Shown here in pieces: positions 1 to 11,300 of a DNA stretch of 64,000 bases. A model generated the notes under the pieces. It ran no database searches, had not been told where the DNA came from, and was given only the letters and a program-made list of their open reading frames with translations. Within the stretch, counting starts at the first letter, position 1. Each line of letters opens with the position of its first letter. Origin of the DNA: Schmidtea polychroa (taxonomy: Eukaryota); assembly GCA_044892525.1 (NCBI GenBank), contig CM097885.1, positions 234,548,001 to 234,612,000 of the forward strand. Reading direction: 5' to 3'. The position numbers and the translations under genes are program-made.

Positions 1-177
1 TTATATTTGTGTTTGTCTTTTCTTTCAAATAATAAAAATAATTTGTCAATTTTTAACAAAAAATTACAAAATGAACATTTTATAATTATAAAATACTTTT
101 AATATAATATAATATAAATTAAAACATAATATATCTTTTATATAATATTTTAATATCAATTATAAAATAATTTAATG

Positions 178-237
178 AAAAGATTGACTATGAATCAGTA
201 AATACTTTTTTATTTACTGATTCAATGTCAATCTTTT
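178..237. repeat. ~60-bp hairpin/inverted repeat, present in every unit
   Basis: AAAAGATTGAC-ta-TGAATCAGTAAATA / 6-nt loop / TATTTACTGATTCA-at-GTCAATCTTTT. Confidence 0.9.
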
Positions 238-339
238 TAATAAATACAATAGTAATGGAAAATAAATCAATAGTGAAATTTGTAAGAAAAGTTCTTATAA
301 TATTATAAAATAATTCAAAATAAATAATGGTTAACTAAA

Positions 340-1000
340 TAAATAATGTGTTAACTGAGGATTGACTTTCCAAACTTTTATCATCCGATAGAAGAAAAAC
401 AGTTTATAATTTTGACTGGCTTTGCAGATCAATTAACTACATTTGTAACATAGCAATTACAGGTGGTGCTTTACTGGGATTAACATTAAAAGGCGACGGT
501 AATATTTCAAAGTATGTGCTTTCATTGGATATTGAATCAAATACTTCTACCGATGTTTTGAAAAAATCCAACATAATCGCCATCATTTCTTTGTTTTGAT
601 GAGCAAAATTTATTTAGTTCATCAATAAGTCATGCATAATTATTTCTCAATTGATTTTGAAAAGATGTAATTTAAGGATTACAACTTTCAGCAATCAGCT
701 TCTTTCTCATGGAGTTTTAAATTCAAATTATTGAGATGGCCAGTCATGTCTACAAGAAAATATAAATCTCAATACTAATTATCATCCGATAGATCGAATA
801 AAATTAATGGTTTAATATAAACATACATTAACTGTTCCATTTTTAACACTTGCTTGTACAAACTCTCTTAATGAAATGATGCAATGAAATATGTACAACT
901 GATCAATTTATATATTTCACCTTCACATAGTTTTGTATCATTCGCCATACTACGGTCACGATCAGTAGCAATTAAATATGAAGTTGATAGATCTAAATAA
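340..1000 (-). pseudogene. Decayed hAT transposase, SPIN/GTF2IRD2 (Buster-like) type, internally deleted; repeated at ~8780-9440, ~17272-17932, ~26624-27285
   Basis: Manual minus-strand translation gives ordered family motifs with stops and frameshifts: LIATDRDRSM (cf. TDGAPSM), FHCII/H*ESLYKQVLKME...INFIRSIG, DLYFLVDMTGHLNNLNLKL, SPFNVNPSKAP...LQM*LIDLQ. Confidence 0.8.
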
Positions 1001-4000
1001 TTTTCAACAAAACTATTTCAAAACGCATAAAATTATAATATTTTCAATATTTTTAAAATTTTAAAATTTGCATAACATATGCATATTATATGACAATACA
1101 TTATTTGATATGTCATAAAACGGAAATTTGTTTCTTTTTTATTCACTATATAGATTCCAATATTATAACAGAATAAGGATTTTAATAATTTTTGAAAATA
1201 TTTAAAAAATAATAATTAAAATGTGCAGAACAAAATACTAAGACTTTATATCATGTTTGAAAAAATCAAACTTTTTATCCATGTTTAAAAATTTGAAAAA
1301 TAAAATAATGCAAATTATGATTAATAATATAAAATCAATTATATAATGTAATTATGCATACAAAAAATTGTCCAGTGAAAATAACTTAAATAATTTAATG
1401 GATTCTGATTGGTTCAGAATGATTTGCAAGTTTCTGTATAAAATAGATGCAAAATAAAAAAATCATTTCTATAAAACGAAATAAAAGTGAGTTAATTTGC
1501 TACATACATAATCTTTCATAACTTTATTTTCTATAAATATATGTTTGAAAGGATGTTATCAAGTTAAGTTTTGATACTATCAGTTTAATTAGGAACCCTT
1601 TTAATACAAGTTATACATCACTGAATGTAATATTTAAGGATTACAATTACATATTCATTTAAAATATATATTTCTAATTTAAATTAATATTATGAAACTA
1701 ATTACTAGGAAACCAACAACTTTAAAACAAATATTATATAATATACCAGTTGAAAAATTCAAGATATCAATCGAAAAATATTTTTGAAAATATTTTTGGC
1801 AATCAATAATCAAATTCAAATAAATGTAAATGTATCATTTATGAATTGTGTAAAGGATAGTATTTGATAAAGTTAATGAAATGAATAAGTGATTAGGATA
1901 AAATTCAAAGTTTAAAAAATTAAATCATTCTATTAAATTCATTTTGAAAAATTACTGAATCAAATAATTATTTTAAATTAAAATTAATTTTATAAAATCT
2001 TAAACTTTCTTTAATTTATGTAATTATGCAAAGATAATTTTTTTTGAACTCTTATCATTATAAATTAAAAGTCGTATATTTGATTAATTATTTCATTTTT
2101 ATTTAATTATTTAATTTGAAGTTTTTTTAAATTTACTGTTTATCTTTAAAAAATTAAATTTTAAATTTTATTATTTTCCATTTTTTAAATATAAATAAAT
2201 TAATTTTCAGACAGTGATTTCAAAATGAAGTGCATTCCGTTATATATGCTCTGAAATGTATGAAATTACAAATTAAAAACGAGTTTTTAAAAGAAAGTTA
2301 CACATTAAAATTACATGATAATTAATACATTCATTTAAGTTAGATTGATACACACAATCCTCTTAAAAACGTAATCTTCTTAAATTACACATTATTTTTT
2401 AGGATAATTTTATAAGAAAGTTCAAAAAACAGTGCTATAATTCACGAATTAATTAAGTTTTATAAAATACATTACCTTATTTAAAATCTATTCCCTTAAT
2501 TTACTATTTCAATAAATATAACTATAATTTCTCAGTCGATATCTTTTCTTAAAAATAAACTACTTATTTTAAATTATTTCCCTAATTTCAAATACTTTTT
2601 TTACTTAAATTTGATAAATACACATCTTTTTTAATCAGTCCATACAATTATTTTCCAACATAAAATTCCTGATACTTTATTTATCTATAAAAGATTATGC
2701 ACAAAAATATGTGAAACTATAATGAAACCTATAGAAGTTATCGAGACTAAAATAATAAGGCTTATTATTATTAAAGCTTATTAATCCAGAAAATTTACTC
2801 ACAAAAATATTTAAATTTTTTTCATTCAGAATTTTAAACTTTTTAAAAATTACATAAACATTTTCATTTAAAAATATTTTTTAGGCTTTTCAATTAAGAC
2901 ATATTACTTAAAATACAGTGATTGAATATTTTTTGAATTATTGTAAACCTAACTTTCGAATAACTTAACTATTAAAAATACAGTTTTAATATGATATTCG
3001 AGATTATTATTATTATTTACAAAATCTTTATAATAATATCAAATACAAAAAAATTCAAAAATTGAATTTTTATTAATATCTTCTAGCTTTATGAATATAT
3101 TCTGGTCACCTTTTTACAATTTCAATAATTTCTTTGAATTTTTATTTAAAGCTTGTAGTAGGTAGAGTATTGACTTACTGTAGAGATTAAAAAATTTTAA
3201 ATTACTTTTTTAAAAGTATGATGAAATAAAATTTAGAATTTAAAAATAACAAAAAAGAATTGTAATTCTTTTTACTTTTGTTATCATGTTAATAAAAATT
3301 ATTACGGTTTGTTATTGTTGTTATGTAATTGTTTTGTTTTTTATTGTAATAAAATTATAATAAAGTCATAATATATTACCTACACAACATTCGCGCCAGC
3401 TGTCCAGAAAACGTTTTAAAGAAGACTTAGATGGCTCAACAGATTTGTTAACTACATTTTTATAATATAACAATTAAGAACCATACATACATTTTTATTG
3501 ATTGTTTTATTAAAATAAAATGTAAATATTTATACTAAATGAATTAGCACCTGCACGTAAAGGAATATTTTTCAATAAAAAGTAATAAATATTTAGAGGT
3601 TTACATCTCGACTCAAAGTCGGTAGAATCATACATTTCCAATTATATTGAATATTTAACTTTTAAATACGCTAAATATATTTTCATTTGATCAATATTTA
3701 AAAACTTAAAACATGAAATTAATTGAGTAAAGAAATCTGTTTACAATTTAAAAATATTGAATATTAAATTAAATAAAATTTTTTAATGAGAGAAACATTA
3801 TATTAAATATATTTTTCAAAAACTTTCAAACTAAAATGCAATTAATAAATTTAACAAGTTTATGTTTTATATTAAATAAATAGTATAAATAGAACTGCAA
3901 AACTCTTTGAAATGAAGAGTAAAATAATATAATATTAATAAAAATTATAAATTATATATATTAAAATTGCTATTAAAAATGTTAAAAAATGTTATATAAC

Positions 4001-5698
4001 ATCAGATATTCAGAAAATTATAATCAGCTATTTTATTGAAACAATAATTTTGAAACATGAAGTCAATTTTATTGAATTAAATTTAATTTCATCAAATTTA
4101 CATATTCAATAATATACTCAGAATTACTAAAATTTAATTTTTGTAAAACTCGTAAACTAAAAAATTGATATTTAAAAAAAATTTAAATAAAAATAAAAAC
4201 AGATATAGAAAATTAGGAATCTCAGATTAAATATTGCTAAAAGTTATAATTTTCCAGTTTATTTAAATATTAATGTAATTGAAATCGTTTGATTATACTT
4301 AAATAAAATTTGTTGATACTTACCGAGTCTCATGTAAAAATTGTAATGTGACAATATGGAATTCATCGTAAATGTATTATATATGAGAAATGTGTTTATA
4401 CAAGTCTCGATAAATATAAAAATTCTATAAAAATTCTACAAAACTTACAGTATTTTTATCATTAACCTGTATTAAAAAAGATATGAAACTTCATTAATAA
4501 TTAATCCGTAAAGATAATTTAATAAGATAATTTTGTGGCCAATAGTAGCCTCAATAGTTCTTGAATGATGATTTTAACGGTAGTTACTAATGACTGTGTA
4601 CCATTTGTAGATTAAAACAATTACCAAATAGATCATGTATATGTTGTGAATAATATAATCAAATGATAGAATCTTGAAATTATGTCTCTAGAATTTGGTT
4701 ATTTATTGTTTTCGATATATTTTTATTTCAATTTTTAATCATTTTTTGAAACTTATATCCCTACATTTGATTTCTGAAATCTTCCAAATAGTGAATTGAT
4801 ACATTTTTAACAATTTCTTAAAAGATCAAATTATTTCTGTTTTTACGTGGATTGAATGTGATAGTCAAGGAAGGAAAAATAATTGTAATAATATAAAATT
4901 TACATAATTCAAACATATTTACAAAAAAGATGTCACCAGAATAGATGATTTTATTTTAAATAAAAACTTTTCTTTTAATTATTAAAATAAAATCTGAACA
5001 ATTGTAATATGTGATAACTAATATAAAAAATTCTAATTTAATAAATTCTAAATTTATAAATTTAAATAAAATAATTTAAAATTTTACCAAATGAAAAATA
5101 AATTAAATTTAAAAATATATAATAAAAATCTAAATTAAAAAAATCTTTAAATAAAGTTTTAAAAAAATATTTGTTTAAATAATAAACTAAAAGGTTGTAT
5201 ATAATTATTTTCAATTTGAATTGAACAATTGAATTGAAAATTAATGAATTTTTTCCTATTTTTTCATAAAAGCACTATGTTTATATCAAGAGAAAAAAAT
5301 AATATATTTAAAACCAAATCGATTCTCGTTCGTCATCATCCACTTCATTTCTCCTCATGGTCGTGATAAAGATGTCATCTTCATATTTTGACTAAGAATC
5401 TATGATATATTAAATTAATCCTTGTTACTTGAGAATGAAACAAATAATTTCTTTTTTAGCCATTTTAATATGGCTGTTTTTTTTGTTCAATATTTTTAGT
5501 AATAAGTTCCTTTCTTTTTTCTCAATTATTGTAAGAAAATCCTTTAAGGATAGTAGCTGATAGATAGTTTAATTCATATGATGCGGTATGTAAACGCTAC
5601 TCATACATTCGTTTTACAATATATTTCGACAGTTTTTCTATCATCCTCAGGAAAAATAGAAAAACTAAATAATTTAAGATTTTTGAACAATCACAGGG

Positions 5699-5731
5699 AT
5701 ATCACAGAGATATCACAGAGATATCACAGAG
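5699..5731 (+). repeat. 11-bp minisatellite (ATATCACAGAG)x3; also x3 at 22629-22661
   Basis: Read directly from the sequence. Confidence 0.95.
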
Positions 5732-6691
5732 ATTAATGGATTGTGCGAGCAAAGCGTTCTTAGTGATTTCTGAAATTTTATCTTCGGTGTGCATCATGTT
5801 GTTCGTCATTATCCGCTTCTTTACTGCTCTTGGTCGTGATAAAGATATCATCTACATATTTTTCGTAGGAATCTATGATATATTAATTATTCCTTGTTAC
5901 TTGAAAATGATACAAGTGTTTTCTTTTTTAGCCATTTTAATATGGCTGTTTTTCTGTTCAATATGTTTAAATAATAAGTTCCTTTCTTTTTTCTTAATCA
6001 TTTTGTGGCAACTCTTTATGGAGATTAGCTGATAGATATTTTAATTCCTTTTAATGTGGTATAAAAACGCTACTCAAACATTTGTTTTACAATATATTTC
6101 GACAGTTTTTCTATCATCATCAGATAAAATAGAAAAACTAAATGAATTTACTAAGTTTCATTTTAAAAAAAAAATGAAAGAATTATCTTTTCTTCGACAC
6201 AAATTTTAATAAAACAAATATCTAATTCCTTTCTTTAAAGTTCAAAATATGTCGTCATGAGTCTTTTGAATATTGTTTCTTGTTTCGAATAATATTGTAT
6301 TATCTAAATATAAACCAATTTTGTTCGAGCTTATTTTTCAAAACATCATCCCAAGTTATTTGCTCGATCAACAATCTTATCATTCGAGTTATTTTGAATA
6401 AACCACCGATATCTTCTAGATTTAAAATATTATCAACAATAAATTGTATATTTCCAAAATATACTAAATATTGGTTATTTTAATTCAACAAACATATTTC
6501 CATTAACTCGTATTCAAAACCTAAATAAATCGCTAATTTTTTTCTTGTTTCTATTATTATTTTATCATCTAAAAATAAGTCAATTTTGTCGAATAGTCGT
6601 GTCAATTGATTTGATATTAAATTTTGATGTACTAATGTAATATTAGTTAACATGTTTTGTTCAAATCTTATATAGTCAATTTCTAATGGAT

Positions 6692-7345
6692 CTAATATCG
6701 TATCATCTCAAATTCTTGGAATGGAATATCAACACCATCTTCAGTCACAGTTAAATCTCGTAAAAATACATCGGAAATAAAAGATGTATACAGAGCTTTT
6801 TTGCGGATATTGGTCATAAAATTATCTTTAAATTTATCTTCAATAAAAGAACCAATTATCCTTTCAATAATTTCTTCATTTTTTTCATTAATTATCAATT
6901 TTCTAATTAAATGGTATATTTTTGTTAAATAATCTGATGCTGAATCGGTATTTTCAACGAGTATTTTAATTCCGAAAAAACTAGTATTCAAATAATCATT
7001 GAGCACAATTATATATTTTTTAAAATTTGCAAAAGGAGAATTTCGATTACGTGCTTTGATACTATTTAATATATATTCCAAATCCACAGGTGTTTTTCTT
7101 ATATATTTTATCAGTTTGCGGTTGATATTTCTAATACAGGATCTAAAACGAAGTTTATAAAATTCTTGTTTCAGATTAAATAATCTCATATAATCTATAA
7201 ATAAATCCAATTCAAGTCTGTCAAGCGGGCAATGAGTATAATCATTTAACCAATGTAAGAAACAATTAGTACAAAACGAATGGTTACAGCCAGTAGTTAT
7301 AAACAATTCAATAGCTAATTCATCGTAGCAAACAGTACATTCCAT
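6692..7345 (-). CDS. Intronless RING-finger protein (217 aa, N-terminal C3HC3D-type RING; putative E3 ubiquitin ligase), copy 1
   Basis: MECTVCYDEL...GCNHSFCTNCFLHWLNDYTHCPLDR. First ATG at 7345 in AAAAATG context; the ORF-track start at 7369 is a TTG. Confidence 0.8.
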   Translation of the reverse strand: MECTVCYDELAIELFITTGCNHSFCTNCFLHWLNDYTHCPLDRLELDLFIDYMRLFNLKQEFYKLRFRSCIRNINRKLIKYIRKTPVDLEYILNSIKARNRNSPFANFKKYIIVLNDYLNTSFFGIKILVENTDSASDYLTKIYHLIRKLIINEKNEEIIERIIGSFIEDKFKDNFMTNIRKKALYTSFISDVFLRDLTVTEDGVDIPFQEFEMIRY

Positions 7346-7885
7346 TTTTATTTTTTCGATAATTTTCAATACTTATCAATTTTCTAACAAAATGGTATAT
7401 TCTTGATAAATAATCATTTGCTGAATCCGTATTTTCTACGAGGAGTTTAATTTCAAAATACTAATCATTCAAATAATAATTGCGCTCAATTATATACTTT
7501 TTAACATTTGCAAACGGTGAATTTCTATTACGCGTGTTGATAGTATTTACTATATATTTCAAATCCAAAGTCGCTTATATTATATATTTAAGCAATTTAC
7601 AGCTTAAAGTTTAATTACAACTTCTAAAGCATGATTTATAAAATTCATGTTTTAAATTAATTAATCTTATATTATATATAAATAAACCATTCTTCATTAA
7701 TAAATCAAATTCAATTCTGTCTAATGGACAATTAGAATGTCTTTCTAACCAACTTATTAAACAATTACTACAATAAACATGGTTACAACCAGTAGTTATA
7801 GTTGAATTTATTTTTTTTGCGGATATTATTCATGTAAATGTCTTTAAAATATAATTGGTCTTCAATAAAAGAAGTAATTATCTTT
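7323..7885 (-). pseudogene. Dead paralog of the RING gene, directly upstream of the intact copy (also ~15815-16377, ~25167-25730)
   Basis: TITTGCNHVYCSNCLISWLERHSNCPLDRIEFD...NRNSPFANVKKYII...VENTDSANDYLSRIYHFVRKLI with in-frame stops; lacks the first CxxC. Confidence 0.85.
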
Positions 7886-7899
7886 TGAATAACTAACTA

Positions 7900-8300
7900 T
7901 TAGCTGATAGATAGTTTAATTTCTATGATGTGGTATGTAAACGCTACTCATATATTCGTTTTACAATATATTTCGACAGTTTTTCTATCATCATCAGATA
8001 AAATAGAAAAACTAAAAGAATTTACTAAGTTTCATTCTTAAAAAGAATGAAAAAATTATCTTTTCTTCAACACAAATTTTAAGAAAACAAATATCTAATT
8101 CCTTTCTATAAAGTGCAAAATATGTCGGCATGAGTCTTTTGTTGAAATTTATTAATAGAATTCATTTTATAATAATGATATAGTGCTTCTACCCAATAGA
8201 CAATTTGGATTTACCAATAACCAAGATAATAAACAACCACTGCAAAACTTATGATTGCAAAGATTTATTGTTACGGAATTATGAATATCATTATAATAAA
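7900..8300 (-). pseudogene. Third, more divergent RING gene relic (also ~16392-16792, ~25745-26145)
   Basis: YNDIHNSVTINLCNHKFCSGCLLSWLLVNPNCLLGRS followed by a stop-ridden frame. Its downstream part is re-used at ~5553-5669 and ~6026-6265. Confidence 0.7.
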
Positions 8301-11300
8301 TTTTAATGAACAGAAAAATTGGTATCTAACGAATATTGTTCAAGGTTATAAAATCGATCAGAATGATGTCCTTACTCCAATTTGAAAAATTTCACAATTA
8401 TTTTAATATATGCTTAATGAATGTTAATAAATGTATTTAATTATATTTGTGTTTGTCTTTTCTTTCAAATAATAAAAATAATTTGTCAATTTTTAACAAA
8501 AAATTACAAAATGAACATTTTATAATTATAAAATACTTTTAATATAATATAATATAAATTAAAACATAATATATCTTTTATATAATATTTTAATATCAAT
8601 TATAAAATAATTTAATAAAAAGATTGACTATGAATCAGTAAATACTTTTTTATTTACTGATTCAATGTCAATCTTTTTAATAAATACAATAGTAATGGAA
8701 AATAAATCAATAGTGAAATTTGTAAGAAAAGTTCTTATAATATTATAAAATAATTCAAAATAAATAATGGTTAACTAAATAAATAATGTGTTAACTGAGG
8801 ATTGACTTTCCAAACTTTTATCATCCGATAGAAGAAAAACAGTTTATAATTTTGACTGGCTTTGCAGATCAATTAACTACATTTGTAACATAGCAATTAC
8901 AGGTGGTGCTTTACTGGGATTAACATTAAAAGGCGACGGTAATATTTCAAAGTATGTGCTTTCATTGGATATTGAATCAAATACTTCTACCGATGTTTTG
9001 AAAAAATCCAACATAATCGCCATCATTTCTTTGTTTTGATGAGCAAAATTTATTTAGTTCATCAATAAGTCATGCATAATTATTTCTCAATTGATTTTGA
9101 AAAGATGTAATTTAAGGATTACAACTTTCAGCAATCAGCTTATTTTCTCATGGAGTTTTAAATTCAAATTATTGAGATGGCCAGTCATGTCTACAAGAAA
9201 ATATAAATCTCAATACTAATTATCATCCGATAGATCGAATAAAATTAATGGTTTAATATAAACACACATTAACTGTTCCATTTTTAACACTTGCTTGTAC
9301 AAACTCTCTTAATGAAATGATGCAATGAAATATGTACAACTGATCAATTTATATATTTCACCTTCACATAGTTTTGTATCATTCGCCATACTACGGTCAC
9401 GATCAGTAGCAATTAAATATGAAGTTGATAGATCTAAATAATTTTCAACAAAACTATTTCAAAACGCATAAAATTATAATATTTTCAATATTTTTAAAAT
9501 TTTAAAATTTGCATAACATATGCATATTATATGACAATACATTATTTGATATGTCATAAAACGGAAATTTGTTTCTTTTTTATTCACTATATAGATTCCA
9601 ATATTATAACAGAATAAGGATTTTAATAATTTTTGAAAATATTTAAAAAATAATAATTAAAATGTGCAGAACAAAATACTAAGACTTTATATCATGTTTG
9701 AAAAAATCAAACTTTTTATCCATGTTTAAAAATTTGAAAAATAAAATAATGCAAATTATGATTAATAATATAAAATCAATTATATAATGTAATTATGCAT
9801 ACAAAAAATTGTCCAGTGAAAATAACTTAAATAATTTAATGGATTCTGATTGGTTCAGAATGATTTGCAAGTTTCTGTATAAAATAGATGCAAAATAAAA
9901 AAATCATTTCTATAAAACGAAATAAAAGTGAGTTAATTTGCTACATACATAATCTTTCATAACTTTATTTTCTATAAATATATGTTTGAAAGGATGTTAT
10001 CAAGTTAAGTTTTGATACTATCAGTTTAATTAGGAACCCTTTTAATACAAGTTATACATCACTGAATGTAATATTTAAGGATTACAATTACATATTCATT
10101 TAAAATATATATTTCTAATTTAAATTAATATTATGAAACTAATTACTAGGAACCAACAACTTTAAAACAAATATTATATAATATACCAGTTGAAAAATTC
10201 AAGATATCAATCGAAAAATATTTTTGAAAATATTTTTGGCAATCAATAATCAAATTCAAATAAATGTAAATGTATCATTTATGAATTGTGTAAAGGATAG
10301 TATTTGATAAAGTTAATGAAATGAATAAGTGATTAGGATAAAATTCAAAGTTTAAAAAATTAAATCATTCTATTAAATTCATTTTGAAAAATTACTGAAT
10401 CAAATAATTATTTTAAATTAAAATTAATTTTATAAAATCTTAAACTTTCTTTAATTTATGTAATTATGCAAAGATAATTTTTTTTGAACTCTTATCATTA
10501 TAAATTAAAAGTCGTATATTTGATTAATTATTTCATTTTTATTTAATTATTTAATTTGAAGTTTTTTTAAATTTACTGTTTATCTTTAAAAAATTAAATT
10601 TTAAATTTTATTATTTTCCATTTTTTAAATATAAATAAATTAATTTTCAGACAGTGATTTCAAAATGAAGTGCATTCCGTTATATATGCTCTGAAATGTA
10701 TGAAATTACAAATTAAAAACGAGTTTTTAAAAGAAAGTTACACATTAAAATTACATGATAATTAATACATTCATTTAAGTTAGATTGATACACACAATCC
10801 TCTTAAAAACGTAATCTTCTTAAATTACACATTATTTTTTAGGATAATTTTATAAGAAAGTTCAAAAAACAGTGCTATAATTCACGAATTAATTAAGTTT
10901 TATAAAATACATTACCTTATTTAAAATCTATTCCCTTAATTTACTATTTCAATAAATATAACTATAATTTCTCAGTCGATATCTTTTCTTAAAAATAAAC
11001 TACTTATTTTAAATTATTTCCCTAATTTCAAATACTTTTTTTACTTAAATTTGATAAATACACATCTTTTTTAATCAGTCCATACAATTATTTTCCAACA
11101 TAAAATTCCTGATACTTTATTTATCTATAAAAGATTATGCACAAAAATATGTGAAACTATAATGAAACCTATAGAAGTTATCGAGACTAAAATAATAAGG
11201 CTTATTATTATTAAAGCTTATTAATCCAGAAAATTTACTCACAAAAATATTTAAATTTTTTTCATTCAGAATTTTAAACTTTTTAAAAATTACATAAACA

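Noticed and set aside
3370..4870. Faint protein-like patches (RQLSRKRFKED at ~3390 +; GYYWP and SILSHYN at ~4330-4560 -) as hAT/integrase relics or the missing ARMH3 exons
   Set aside because: Single short motifs without supporting neighbours; cannot be called without a search.
5736..6483. + strand ORFs 5736-6032 and 6280-6483 and their copies (14015, 14772, 22666, 23209)
   Set aside because: Antisense to the RING-family relics; hydrophobicity reflects T-richness; no recognisable domain.
5320..8350. Alternative genetic code (TAA/TAG = Gln) rescuing the dead RING paralogs
   Set aside because: TGA stops and frameshifts remain, and the KIF15 and ARMH3 exons are open in the standard code with TAA as the KIF15 stop.
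1..8440. Unit as an rDNA, histone or spliced-leader repeat, or an intact Polinton/Helitron
   Set aside because: No rRNA, histone, SL, polymerase, integrase, Rep/helicase or capsid signature seen.
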